64,000 nucleotides of DNA, taken from Octopus vulgaris. Its lineage: Eukaryota. A model generated the notes under the pieces. It ran no database searches, had not been told where the DNA came from, and worked only from the letters and a program-made list of their open reading frames with translations. This document shows positions 12,474 through 26,617 of this stretch, one piece after another (the stretch's first letter is position 1; each line of letters starts with the position of its first letter). The stretch is taken from assembly GCA_951406725.2 (NCBI GenBank), contig OX597842.1, positions 29,512,001 through 29,576,000 on the forward strand. The letters are read 5' to 3'. The translations under genes and the position numbers were made by a program.

Positions 12474-12572
12474 GAAAGACAATGTATTACAACAGAAATG
12501 TAGTAAAAAAAACAGAAAAAGGATTAAAACCATCCATCAAAACTTCAAATTAATTTGTTCTAAACGCCAGCT

Positions 12573-12897
12573 TAATAATAAATTTAATGATAATAATAAT
12601 AATATTAATGATAATAATAATAATAATGGTAATAATAATAATGATAATAATAATAATAATGATAATAATAATAATAATAATAATGATGATGATGATGATG
12701 ATGATAATAATGATAATGATAATAATTACTACCCATGTATTTTGATTTAACTTGAAAAAAAAAATGAACGAACTATTGAGTTTAGTTTAATGGCCTACCA
12801 ATGTATACTATGAGTTTCTTTGCCCTAGGAGACGGGAAGACACCCGGTAAGAAATGGAAGCAAATTTGAAAGAAAAAAAAAAATAATAATAATAACG

Positions 12898-12934
<37 letters not shown>

Positions 12935-13031
12935 GCTTAATAATAAACTTGAAATTAATTTGTTCTAAACGCCAGCTTAATAGTAAATTTAATAACAATA
13001 ATAATAATAATAATAAGTAGTAGTAGTAGTA
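12573..13031. repeat. (TAA)n/(GAT)n microsatellite complex interrupted by short element 3' ends
   Basis: AAT runs; a ~45-bp segment is duplicated at ~12540 and ~12946. Confidence 0.9.
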
Positions 13032-15673
13032 AGGTCTGTACCATCAAAAGAAGAAGTGCAGGGATTTTGGAATAAAATTTGGGCAGAAGAAAAACCACAC
13101 AACGAAAGGGGCCCCTGGATTGACAGAATATCTACAGAACTGGACCCCTTAGAAGAGCAAAAGTGGGAGGGTGTCAAGGTAGAAGATATAAGTTCTGCTC
13201 TCAGGAGGTCAAGCAAATGGAAGTCTCCAGGAAAGGATAAAATTCCTAACTTCTGGTTGAATGTCTTCCCAGAGAGCCATGAACTGCTAACAGAACTTTA
13301 CAATGATGTTTTGCAACACCCTAGTAGGATGCCTCCTTTTTTTCATGGGTTAACATTCCTGCTTCCAAAAAGTGAAGAAACAAATGAACCAAAAACCTAT
13401 AGACCCATAACCTGCTTAACAACTATGTATAAAACGCTAACATCTGTCCTGACGGAATATACTTATAGTTTTTTAACAGACAGCAGCATATTCCCTAATG
13501 AACAGAAAGGATGTAAACGTGGATCCTACAGCTGTAAAGATCAACTACTCATCAATAAGATGATCTTAGAAGATTGTCACAAACGACACAAAAACTTATC
13601 AATAGCCTGGATAGGCTATAAAAAGGCTTTTGATAGCCTACCACATAGCTGGATTAGGAAATGCCTGGAAATGTATAAGATAGCACCTACTCTGCGAAAC
13701 TTTTTGACTGTAAGTATGAGATCATGGAGAACCACACTAACTCTGGACAGTGACAATGAATCCCTAAATGCCTGTGATGTAAAAATTTCATGTGGCATTT
13801 TCCAGGGTGACTCACTGTCACCACTCCTCTTTTGTTTAGCCTTAATACTTCTCTCAAAACTGCTCAATGACGCGCAGTACGGGTATAAAATGTTTGATAA
13901 AAATATAAATCATTTCATTTACATGGATGATTTAAAGCTTTTTGCAAAAAATGACCAACAACTCAAGGGCATACTAGCGATAGTCAAACAATTCAGTGAC
14001 GACATCAGAATGCAATTCGGCCTCGATAAATGTGCAAAAGCTATCTTTATCGAAGGAAAAATGACAGAAACATCTAACGTTAACCTTGACCAGCAGAATG
14101 TCATAAAAGAACTAGACACAGCGGAGAGCTACAAGTACCTAGGGGTAATTGAAAGGAACGGAATAAGGCATTCAGAGATGAAGGAAAGGATCAGGAGAGA
14201 ATGTTATCGAAGAGTGAGAGCAATACTCAAGACAGAGCTGAATGCAAGAAACAGGATCGAAGTGATCAATGCATTAGCCATACCAGTCGTGACTTACAGT
14301 TTCAATATCGTTAACTGGTCAATTACTGAAATATGTCAGCTCGACAGAAAAATACGAATACTGTTGGCAATGCATAGAATGCACCACCCTAAGGCAGATA
14401 CAGAACGACTTTATCTGCCTAGAAAAGAGGGAGGCCGTGGTCTTTTACAACTGGTAATAACAATGAAGATTGCTACAATTGGCCTAGACACCTACCTGAA
14501 AATGTCTGAGGACTGGATGTTAAAACTTGTCTCAAAACATGAAAACAAGAAAGCATCATACTCAGTAACAAAACAGGCAAAGGAATATCTAAGTGAATTC
14601 CGAATACAACAAATTTTGGAATTAGAGATAGACATACAAGAAACAAGCACAGAAAAAGCTAGGCGCATGAAAACCCGTGCCAAAACTGCGGCCTTAGATA
14701 TTCTGAATAATAAATGGCAAGAAAAACCTCTCTATGGCAAACACCCAAAGAGAGCGAATAATGCAGATATTGACAAACCCCTGACCCATTAATGGCTAAT
14801 GGCCTCTGGCTTAAAATCTGAAACAGAAGGGTTTATCATAGCAGCTCAAGATCAATGCCTACCAACAAGAAACTACCAGGCCAACATATTAAAGAACGGC
14901 AGTAGCCCAACATGTCGTGTATGCCGATAACAAAATGAAACCATTGATCATGTTGTCTCCAAATACAGTCTTCTAGCGCCTACAGAGTACCTCAACAGGC
15001 ATGATAGAGCTGCACAATATATTCACTGGGTAATTTGCAAAAACCTGGATTTGCCCCATGAAAAAAACTGGTGGGAACACAATCCACCTCCAGTGCTTGA
15101 AAATGATCACATCTCACTCCTCTGGAACTTCACCATTCAAACTGACAGAAATATAGATGCAAATAGGCCAGACATCCTATTGAAAGACTTCAGACAAAGA
15201 ACATGCCTCCTCATTGATATGACTGTCCCAAACGATATAAACGTATCTGTCAAGACCTACCAAAATCTGAGCAAATATAAAGATCTTGAAATAGAAATCA
15301 GCAAAATGTGGAACCTGAAGACTAAAACAATTACCTGTTGTCATAGGTGCCCTGGGAATGATAGCGAAAGGGGCTGACTGCTTCCTAACTAAGATACCAG
15401 GAAACCCCAAAATGGCAGAAATTCAAAAGATAGTGCTCATGGGAACTGCTCATATCCTACGCAAAATACTCTCTATGTAATCCCAAGGTTTAAAACAAAC
15501 TTTTTAAAAATTTATGTATTAGACATTCACTAGTACAACACCAAAAAAAAACAACCAAATATATGGCACACTAGGCATAACAACAACGTGAACTTCCAAC
15601 CTGTTGTCTCTTGAGGTCTCTGGGTGAGACTTGGAGCCAACTCGTACAAACATAAAGCAAAAGTCAAACATAT
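13032..15673 (+). mobile_element. 5'-truncated R4/Dong-type non-LTR retrotransposon (RT, CCHC knuckle, restriction-like endonuclease), inserted in (TAA)n
   Basis: RT motifs KSPGKD, YRPITCL, GIFQGDSLSP, YMDD, YKYLG; CRVC...ETIDH knuckle; RHD; NRPDILL...IDMTVP...KY RLE motif. Stops at ~14790 and ~14928 and a frameshift near 15330. (AAT)n on both sides. Confidence 0.93.
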
Positions 15674-15766
15674 AACAATAATAATAATAATAAAAATAAT
15701 AATAATAATAATGATAATAATAATAATAATAATAGTAATAATAATAATAATAAAAACTACTGAATG

Positions 15767-15835
<69 letters not shown>

Positions 15836-15867
15836 GTAATAATAATAATAATAAAAACTACTGAATG

Positions 15868-15915
<48 letters not shown>

Positions 15916-15936
15916 GTAATAATAATAATAATAAAA
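15674..15936. repeat. (TAA)n microsatellite with internal higher-order duplication
   Basis: AAAACTACTGAATGATAAT unit occurs twice within AAT runs. Confidence 0.9.
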
Positions 15937-16124
15937 ACGGTCGTTAATTATACAATAACCCAGTATATTTATATAGTTGTATGGATGTGAGGGTGAATGT
16001 GAGAACGGGAGGGAGAAAGAGAGAAAGAGAGTGAGTGTGTGTGTGTGTGTGTGTGTGCGGCCCGGTGTGTTTGTGTGTGTGTGTCTGTGAGTTAATTAAT
16101 GTGTCTACCTCGCAGACACGCCGT

Positions 16125-16310
16125 ACAAAATACTTAGCAGCATTTTTTGTCCGTCTATACGTTCTGAGTTCAAATTCCGCCGAGGTCGACTTCGCCTTTT
16201 ATCCTTTCGGGGTCGATAAAATAAGTACCAGTTGAGAACTCCGGGGGTCGATGTAATCGACCTGCACCCTCCTCTAAAATTCCTGGTCTTGTGCCAAAAT
16301 TTGAAATCAA
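16125..16310 (+). mobile_element. SINE family B
   Basis: GAGTTCAAATTCCGCCGAGGTCGAC...ATCCTTTCGGGGTCGATAAAATAAGTACCAG, with a B-box-like GTTCAAAT. Confidence 0.85.
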
Positions 16311-16449
16311 TATAGTGATTTCGTTAAACGCATTGATTACATTACAGGAGTACAATAGCCATCTTGGGCTTTTTATTCCCACATTAAAAGTTTTCAACCC
16401 AACATTTGTTTCTGCTAGTGTATATTGCTTATTGTTTTTATGTCAAGCT

Positions 16450-18189
16450 ATACACACACACATGCATACATACATACATACATTCATACATACATACACA
16501 TGCATACATATATACATACATGCATGCATACATACATACATACATACATACATACATACATACATACATACATACATACATACACATGCATACATACATA
16601 CATACACACACACATACATACATACATACATACATACATACATACATGCATGCATACATACATACATACATACATACATACATACATACATACATGCATG
16701 CATACATACATACATACATACATACACATACATACATACATACATACATACATACATACATACATACATACATACATACATACATACATACATACATACA
16801 TGCATACATACATACATACATACATACATGCATACATACATACATACATACATACATACATACACATACATGCATGCATACATACATACATACATACATG
16901 CATACATGCATGCATACATACATACATACATACATACATGCATACATACATACATACATACATACATGCATACATACATACATACATACATACATACATA
17001 CACATACATACATACATACATACATACATACATACATACATACATACATACATACATACATACATACATACATACATACATACATACATACATACATACA
17101 TACATACATACATACATACATACATACATACATGCATACATACATACATACATACATACATACATACATGCATGCATACATACATACATACATACATACA
17201 TACATACATACATACATACATACATGCATGCATGCATACATACATACATACATGCACACATACATACATACATACATACATGCATGCATGCATACATACA
17301 TACATACATACATACATACATACATACATGCATGCATACATACATACATGCATACATACATACATACATACATACATACATACATACATACATACATACA
17401 TACATACATACATACATACATACATACATACATGCACACATACATACATACATACATACATACATACATACATACATACATACACACATGCATACATACA
17501 TACATACATACATACATGCATGCATACATACATACATACATACATGCATGCATACATACATACATACATACATACATGCACACATACATACATACAACAT
17601 GATGCATACATACATACATACATACATACATACATACATACATACATTACATACAGCACATACATACATACATACATACATACATACATACATACATACA
17701 TACATACATACATGCATACATATCATACATACATACATACATACACACACATACATACATACATACATACATACATACATACATACATACATACATACAT
17801 ACATACATCACACACATACATACATACATGCATGCATACATACATACATGCACGCACACATACATACATACATACATGCATGCATACATACATACATACA
17901 TGCACACATACATACATACATACATACATACATACATACATACATACATCATACATACATAGATACATAGATACATACATACATCATACATACATACATA
18001 CATACATACACACACACATACGTACATACATACATACAAACATACGTACATACATACCTGTTGTTGATGTTGAAATTTCAGTGAAGGAGCCTTGCATCTC
18101 GGTTAGAAACCGGTTCTTTCTTTATTGGCAAGAAACCGTGAAATAAACTGAATAATGACATACACACATATATAATACATACATACATT

Positions 18190-18220
<31 letters not shown>

Positions 18221-18312
18221 GCATACATACATACATACATACATACATACATACATACATACATACATACATACATACATACATACATACATGCGTACAT
18301 ACATACATACAT
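16450..18312. repeat. ~1.9-kb (TACA)n/(TGCA) microsatellite
   Basis: Direct inspection; the long HTYI/MYVC ORFs are artefacts of this repeat. Confidence 0.97.
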
Positions 18313-18473
18313 AATGAAATAAAAGGGATTTCCTCAGTACTTTTTAGTAGAGTACATGTTTATGAAATTTTGTAAAGAAAAAGGTAGACAGTGACTTCGA
18401 CGTTTCGGATGATAGTTTGATGACTGCGAGCAGGCCGAACCTTTTGAAGTTACTGTGTTTTTTTCCTTGAAGT

Positions 18474-18476
18474 ACA

Positions 18477-18565
<89 letters not shown>
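18474..18565. repeat. (CA)n microsatellite
   Basis: Direct inspection. Confidence 0.95.
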
Positions 18566-18569
<4 letters not shown>

Positions 18570-19009
18570 GAGATACTGTGCAAGCGCAGTACGAGCTACT
18601 ACGTTAAAATTTTTGGTTCGCAACCACGAGGTCCCGGTTTCGATCCAACTGCATGGCATCTTTGATACATATAATTTTCTATGTAGACTGGCATTGGCCT
18701 ATACCTTGTGAAGGAAATTTAATGGGACAGGAACGGTAGAATGAGTGGACAAATGAAAGAAAAAAGGCACTCAACATATTTTGTAGGAGTTACTTGTATT
18801 ATTAATTAAAGCAGTCTGTTTCGGCTCCATGCGACATTGACCTAGATTCTTACAGAAACTGCTCGTTGCCAGGCCGATTAAAGGACGCGTTCCTGAACCA
18901 GAACCAGCTAGGATTCTGTAAAAATTTTACGAAACTTTAAGTCGCATAAAATCGAATCAAACAGTTTTTAAAATAATAATAATGATAACAACAACAACAA
19001 CAACAATAG

Positions 19010-22000
19010 TGGTTTCTTTATTTGCCTCCAGAGCGAAGGATGAGGGAGACAATATAAAAACAAACATAAAGTGTTGGGGTTTGCATATAATGGGATAATA
19101 AAATAAAAAAGTATACTCGGTATACATTAGAAGGAGGAAAATATACATAGTATATGACACTAAAAAAAGAGGGAAAAAGAGTCGTGACGAGATCGCCCTG
19201 ATTCAGGAGGGCCTCTAGGGATAATCAGAGAACCCCCACCACCCAAGGTCACCCTGAGTAATAAGGACGAGACCCCACTCCAACTGCCTTTTTCCGACTC
19301 ACGGGTCTATATTGAGAGGAGTACCATCCATCTTGCCATTATCGTAACTTTCACCCAACTTTTCATAAATTCACCCGAGAACAATACCTCCCTCTCCACC
19401 CTCACTTCCTTTCCAAGTGAAACTAGAAAATGTCGATGAGGGCTTTACCAAAGAGGAAAGTTTGTGTCCTCATTCCTTTCAACCTCGTCCTCCATATAAC
19501 CTCTGATGCCACAGCCACCAAACAAAGGAAAACTGTCTTGCCAGGCCGATTAAAGGACGCGTTCCAATGGTCAAGCGGTCGATCTTCTGCCAACTTCCTT
19601 TGCGTGGCGGCTTAGGAATACCATAGATTTTAATGCGCAGCCAAACACTCAGGTTGCGCCACCTGCATCGATTTCTAGACGGTGAACGTGTGTGGGCTCC
19701 GTTTGTGAGACACGGCGGGGATTCATCATTATGGACTCGGACGACAGACGGATCTGACCTACACGCGACATAACTCCGCAAGTCAGCAATGTCCGGACAC
19801 TGAAAGTCTGACAGCGCATCTGTGCCTGTACAGTTTATCTTGAACTGGTAGCGCCCCCCGGTAGGCCAAAGACATCTGGAAATTATTCATAACAGTCCCC
19901 GACCGGACAGGCCTCCAGAATAGATTTGCCAGTGAGTCTTCGTCGACACCTGGGGCCACCCCGAGGAGGACGTCGTCGCATTTCCCCGCTACCAATCCTC
20001 TATAAATATTTAAAGTGGAACATCCACCGATCTTGTTGCCCGACTTGTTGAGGACAGTGAGCGCCTGACGATATTCTAAGTGCCAGGCACCCAGCCTCGG
20101 CCTATCCTTTACCCAGGACTGCAGCACTGTCAAGGAGACGAGCTGCGGAAAGGCGTGTCTCACAAACGGAGCCCACACACGTTCACCGTCTGGAAATCGC
20201 TGCAGGTGATGCAACCTGAGTGCGTGGCTGCGCATTAAAATCTATGGTATGCCTAAGCCGCCACGCAAGGGAAGTTGGCAGAAGACCGACCGCTTGACCA
20301 TTGGAACGCGTCCTTTCCACAAGAAAATAAACAGATACGCTCCAATCTAATCAAGCAGTTACTGGGGAAAGGTACAACGGTCAGACGATAAATAATGACA
20401 GAGGCGACGTAGGCATTCGTTAACTCTGCCTGACCTCTCAGGGACAACTTCCACTCTGTCCATTTCTGTGTAAGAGAGGTCACCCTGTTTGTTACCTCTT
20501 CCCAATTCTTATCCATCTGGGAGCCGGGGCAAAACAACACCCCGAGCAGTTTCACTGGTCCGTCAGTCCAGCGCCCGACGGCATCGATCTATCTCTCCAG
20601 GTGCCCAATCGTAATCCCACCGACTTGTCGGCATTGATTTCAGCCCTGCAATCACTCATATTCCTTCACAATGGAGCCGACCGTCTCCACTTCGGAGGTG
20701 TCCGACACCATGACGGTGATGTCTTCCGTTTATGCAGACACTGCCCTCCCGAGTCCAATTTGGAAAGGAAAGCCTCTTAGCTGTTCCAACTTCCGCAACA
20801 GTGACAGCCAGCACATACAGAGGAGGTGGCAGCGGGCCGCCCTAACGGACCTAACATACGGTTCCGATAAGTGGCCATTTACTTTGACCACCGAGCAGGT
20901 ACCGTTGTGAATTGCAGCAATCCAACCTCTGAAAACGGGTCCGAAACCGGCCGCTTTAAGGATGGCTTCCAAGTAGCGAAGGCTGCCAAACAAATCTAGC
21001 ATGAAAACAGAATTCGTAGAACAACCATCCAAATTTCAGAGGGTTTTCGCACAATATCAGCGCCCGTCACCGAGAGCCGTGATATGCCGTCTAGGTACGA
21101 AGTAAATTTCACTGTCGTCGTCGGCCCATCATCCTCCCCAAACAGCCACGCAAAGTGCTGCTGAAAAGCCGCACATATCTGCTCAGAACCGAGTAGCACG
21201 CGTCCGTCCCGATCTGTGAAAGACTTGATCGTGTTTTTTGTTCCACGTCACGTCTCTACCGTTCGGGTTCATCGGACGGCTTTAGTTCCTTCGTGTTTTA
21301 GCGCAGGGGCCTTAGCTCTGGCGACGCACCCTCTGTATTTCGCCTTAAAGAAATGGTGAAGGGCCATTCTCGCCGCTAACACGTCGGTCGCAATGCCTTT
21401 ACTAGTAACCTCTTCTAATTTGCTAACTTGATTTCCCTCTCATCTATTTCTTTCTTTTTTTGGGGGGCTAAATCTTTGCTAAACGCTATCGATTCTACTC
21501 TAATCGCCCTCTTCAGAGCGATCCACCACCGGCTGTAGACGATTGCCCCCGTCAACTGCCGCTTAATTAGTTCGCTAATCCGATCCCTGTAGTCTTTACG
21601 AGCCGGTAAGGATGCATCCTACTTCCAGTAACCAGGTCCCTGTATACGGGTCCTATCTAAGTCAACTGCGCATATCACAAATTTGTGATCTGTGTAGCTG
21701 ACCAATTTAAATTGTGGACAACCTATGCTATCCCTTCCTCTGACCTAACAAATACTCTATCTAAATACGATCTCGATGACCTTTATGTCCACACTGGCAC
21801 ATCAGGGAAATCCAGTCGGTATATGCCAGAATGTTGGTAAGTGCTGAGTAGGTTTTCGAGGCTTTTATATCCCCTTCTACTATGTACTAATGCCACACAG
21901 TCCTTCCGTGCATCCAAAATACTATTCCAGTCCCTCACTAGTACTAAAGTGCGCGACGTTCCCAAGAATGTTTCCAGACGTCTGAAGAAATCTGGCCTTC

Positions 22001-23070
22001 CAGCTCCTGTTGGGCATAAATCGCCACTAGTCTAAAGGCACCACCTTCACTACCTTTCATGTCCAGGACCTCCAACCTACCATCCGGATCCAGGAAAATT
22101 TCCAGAGTAGTACTCTCGATAGACCAGAAGATGAGAATACCTCGTAGTCTTCGAAAATAGATGCTAGAGCGTGTTTCCGAAGATCCTTGTTTTACTAATG
22201 GCAGTCACATCAAATCAAGTGACCTGAGATCATTAAGCAAGTGACCTTGCTTCCAAGCCGATCCCATGCCACGCACATCCATACCCCCCATTCTCAGCAC
22301 AGCCATGCTAGTAGGAGAAAGAAAGTGAGGAGGTTACTCACCTTGGTTTTCGAGGGGCTTTGATGGATAAAGTTCGTGCTGGAGTCTCGTGCACTTGTTT
22401 ATGATTTAGCACTTGTGGTACTTGTAATGTTGGCTGTAGTGATACTTCATTTTTCTTTGTTTTAGGGCAGGAAACCTTTAAGCATTTTACAGATCCGCAT
22501 TCATGGCGTCTTGGCTTCGACCCTCCAGGAACAGTGACAGGTGAGTACTATCCGGGAGATCGATTAGATCAGGTAACTGGTCGATATGGTCCTGCTTGCA
22601 TTGCAAGATCAGTTCCACACCTATACCTAACTAGTTTTGCTTAGGTAGTTTCTTGACCTCCAGTATTGTGACTTCGTCTCCTTCTGAACCCGCCAAGACG
22701 GTCGCCACTCACCAGGAAATGGATATTTCTGGCGGCACATTCAGTATCTGAATCTAGGGGATTAATAAAAAGTTGTGATTCTTCAAAGTGGTTGCGCAAT
22801 TACATTTAGCTTCTTCTTCTTCCGTCCCAAATCTCGCCTCAATGGTTCCAAGCTTCTTTCCTCGGCTGATGTGGGTCTTTTGTTCCCACACACGCCCAAA
22901 ACATTTTTCCTACCCGCCCAGACTTAACTCCGATGCAACAGTATGTGACCATACGTCTTGCGATATTTTCTATCACGTTGGATGGAGGGTTTAGAGCTAC
23001 CCTTCTTACATCTTTTTTTAACAAATTTTCTAGCAAATTTGAATTCTTCTTCATCTGTGGAAGCACTCCA
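19010..23070 (-). mobile_element. Decayed Tx1/L1-clade LINE: ORF1 with degenerate zinc knuckle, APE endonuclease, RT and 3' end
   Basis: ORF1 remnant ...HECGSVKCLKVSCP (~22465-22510); APE VLVRDWN(=GDFN)...LDFPDVPVWT; RT AAGFGPVFRGWI, VSA*TEDITV(=YADD), KLLGV..., KLSLRGQA; 3' AATAAAGAAAC abutting (TTG/TTA)n. Confidence 0.85.
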
Positions 23071-23104
23071 TAATTTTTGTCGCTGACGCAAAAGAAACAG
23101 GGGT

Positions 23105-23463
23105 GATAAACTTAGATAAACTTAGATATGTTTCGACCAAAGATTGGTCCAGGCCATGTCTAACTTAATAGCACCACCTGATAGGATTATTCGAATCCTG
23201 TTTAAGTCAAGTTTTGTTTAAGTCAAGTTTTGTTCAAGTAGTGAGTTCTTGTTGGGTGAGTTGTATCCAATTATGGGTGGCTTATCTGGTATTCTCTGAA
23301 GGAATCTAGCCAGACTCTGTTTAAAGTTGATGGGATCCTTTTCCTCTTTGATCTCCCTCGGGACAATGTTAAATAGGGCAGGGCCTGTTGAGGAAAAGAA
23401 ATTATGTTGCAGTGTACATGTATGTTGTGATCTTGAATTGGGCAGGGGACGTATGGCCTGCAT
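23105..23463 (-). mobile_element. CR1-group LINE 3' end
   Basis: HNFFSSTGPALFNIVPREIK...FKQSLARFLQRIPDKP and a short tandem-repeat tail. Confidence 0.75.
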
Positions 23464-23766
23464 TTTTATGTTTTATTTCTTTCGTATTTTTGTTGCTGCT
23501 GTTGTTGTTGTTGTTGTTACTACTGCTGCTGCCGCTGCTGCTGCTGTTACTGTTGTTCTCTTCGTCGACACCCACACCCTAAATGTTGACGTTGCTTAAA
23601 TGCGAAACATTTTTCGCCCCGGTAACGTCGTTAAATTTAGGCCATTCCATGTTGATATTCTCATTTACTTCCATGGTCTCAATATTTTTCATGTAGCGAA
23701 TTCCTTTATCGAACATTATGATGACTTCTTTATCAGCCATATTTAAAAATTGCAGAAAATTGTGAC

Positions 23767-24127
23767 GGCGCAGGAGTGGCTGTGTGGTAAGTAGCTTGCT
23801 AATCAACCACATGGTTCCGGGTTCAGTCCCACTGCGTGGCATCTTGGGCAAGTGTCTTCTGCTATAGCCCCGGGCCGACCAATGCCTTGTGAGTGGATTT
23901 GGTAGACTGAAACTGAAAGAAGCCTGTCGTATATATGTATATATATATGTGTGTGTATGTGTTTGTGTCTGTGTGTTGTCCCCCTAGCATTGCTTGACAA
24001 CCGATGCTGGTGTGTTTGCGTCCCCGTTACTTAGCGGTTCGGCAAAAGAGACCGATAGAATAAGTACTGGCGGTGCTCCAGCATGGCCGCAGTCAAATGA
24101 CTGAAACAAGTAAAAGAGTAAAAGAGT
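23767..24127 (+). mobile_element. Full-length tRNA-derived SINE family A (CORE-like CTTGGGCAAGT)
   Basis: A box TGGCTGTGTGG, B box GGTTCAGTCCC, internal TA/TG tract, tail GAAACAAGTAAAAGAGTAAAAGAG. Confidence 0.92.
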
Positions 24128-24327
24128 ATACGTGTTTTTGCCGAAAGCAGTTAAAATTCAAAAATGCTTTATGCACACCCTATGCAAAACAGCGGGTATT
24201 TCTACACAAAAACACTCTCTGCACAATCCAGACAATTTCTGAAATAACGGAAATGAAAAGATATAAAATGAGAAGGCCGAAAAGATTACAAATACGTCTT
24301 GAACTTACTGAGCACCAACTTTCTGTG

Positions 24328-25434
24328 TGCCCTGATGCAGTACCAGGAAGTGGCTCTCATGGCTTCTGATCTTAACTGATTGGAAGTGTTATCATGTACA
24401 TTGTTTTGTCTTGGTATAAAAGATGGGTTTTACAGCAAATATTCTGCTCAATACCACAGATTTGCTTGTCAGTTGTTTGACCTTAACCAGTTGAGCATGT
24501 CCCTTAGTGGCTGACGATATGTGCATCTCTGATCACGAGCAGAAGTAGTGAGGGAGCATCATAGCCATATGTTGAGAGGGATTCTTTGGGGTTTGAATGC
24601 CCTGATGCAGTACCAGCAGTGGCTCTCATGGCTTCTGATCTTAACTGATTGGAAGTGTTATCATGTACATTGTTTTGTCTTGGTATAAAAGATGGGTTTT
24701 ACAGCAAATATTCTGCTCAATACCACAGATTTGCTTGTCAGTTGTTTGACCTTAACCAGTTGAGCATGTCCCTTAGTGGCTGACGATATGTGCATCTCTG
24801 GTCACGAGCAGAAGTAGTGGGGAGCATCATAGCCATATGTTGAGAGGGATTCTTTGGGGTTTGAATGCCCTGATGCAGTACCAGCCAGTGGCTCTCATGG
24901 CTTCTGATCTTAACTGATTGGAAGTGTTATCATGTACATTGTTTTGTCTTGGTATAAAAGATGGGTTTTACAGCAAATATTCTGCTCAATACCACAGATT
25001 TGCTTGTCAGTTGTTTGACCATAACCAGTTGAGCATGTCCCTTAGTGGCTGACGATATGTGCATCTTTGATCACGAGTAGAAGTAGTGGGGGAGCATCAT
25101 AGCCGTGTGATGAGAGGAATTCTTAGAGGTTTGGATAATTCACCTTTGGAAACATGGGTAGTTCGTTCAGCATCCTTAATCCTTATTTAGGGACTTTTTC
25201 AGTGGGATGGGCTACTTGACCAGAAGAAAATTCTAACTGGGCCCTACCTGCAAGGTCATGTGCTGTTTATCTTGATATGAGATCACCATGTCACGCACAT
25301 ATGGTTGTGATGCATGTGCCTGGTGTACCCTTATCAGACAGGTAGTCATGATGGGTATACTGGGCTTCGTATCTTTTGCCCCTGTGACACTTTGATGGCA
25401 CGCACTGCTCTTTCACTGAATGATGATGATGATG

Positions 25435-25499
<65 letters not shown>

Positions 25500-25943
25500 G
25501 CTCAATACCACAGATTTGCTTGTCAGTTGTTTGACTTTAAGCAGTTGAGCATGTCCCTTGGTGGCTGACGATATGTGCATCTTTGATCACGAGCGGAAGT
25601 AGTGGGGGAGCATCATAGCCATGTGTTGAGAGGGATTGTTTGGGGTTTGAATTGTTCACCTTTGGAAAAATGGATGATTCTTTCAACATCCTTAAACAAC
25701 CCTTATTCAGGGACCTTTTGAGTGGGATGGGATACTCAACCTGAAGAAAATTCTAACTGGGCCCCACCTGCAAGGTCATGTGCTGTTTATCTTGATATGA
25801 GATCACCATGTCGCGCACATATGGTTGTGATGCATGTGCCTGGTGTACCCTTATCAGACAGGTAGTCATGATGGGTATACTGGGGTTCGTATGTTTTACC
25901 CCAGTGTCACTTTGATGGCACACACTGCTCTTTCACTGAATGA

Positions 25944-26035
<92 letters not shown>
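24328..26035 (+). mobile_element. Repeat family ending in (AAT)n: ~270-bp 5' unit triplicated, then a second 5'-truncated copy (25498-25945)
   Basis: Units start TGCCCTGATGCAGTACC at 24328, 24598 and 24866. Both copies end GCAC..TGCTCTTTCACTGAAT followed by (AAT)n. Confidence 0.8.
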
Positions 26036-26617
26036 TAGCCATTCTTTGATAATTGTAGGGTCACCATACCCTGCAGCACAACATCTATTGTCACCTAAAA
26101 GGTGACCCAAATCGAATGTAATGATAAAGGTATGGGTGTTGTTTTAGACAAGCTCCCTCCTTACCTCGCATTACTGCTGTTGTTATTGTTATTGTTGTTG
26201 TAATCGACTGGTCCCCTCCCCGTAAATTTCAAGGCCTTGTGCCTTCAGTAGAAAGAATTGCTGTTGTTGTCGGTGGTGGTGGCAACGTTTAGCTCCAGAT
26301 CGGCTCTTATTAGGCAGTTGTATTATGATTAAAGGCTTTCCAGCCGTGACCATATCCCTTTGTGAATATATAGAACTGCATTCATCATCCCATGTGCTCT
26401 TCTCTTTTTCTTTCTTTTAAGACAGTAGGATTAGATAATTGAAGATTTGGCTGCTATTTCTTGCAGATCGAGTGACTTCTGTGTGTGTTGGCGCTGTTGT
26501 TGTTATTTGTCTCTAGGTCAGTCCTCGTTGCTAAGGCCTGTGATGAAAAGGCGTTCTTGCCGTGACCATCAAATAATTTTATTAAAGGTTACGTTATCCT
26601 GTGTGTTCTTTATGTTC

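Noticed and set aside
16291-18312. 400-570 aa ORFs (HTYI/MYVC repeats) on both strands
   Set aside because: Translations of stop-free (TACA)n microsatellite. The same applies to ORFs at 48749-49432, 57775-58332, 60627-61515 and 61923-62577.
23767-23840. tRNA gene-like A/B boxes
   Set aside because: Head of a multi-copy SINE; no complete cloverleaf.
24328-25120. Regularly spaced repeats as a CRISPR-like array or hammerhead multimer
   Set aside because: Units are contiguous with no unique spacers, and CTGATGC lacks the CUGANGA/GAAA core.
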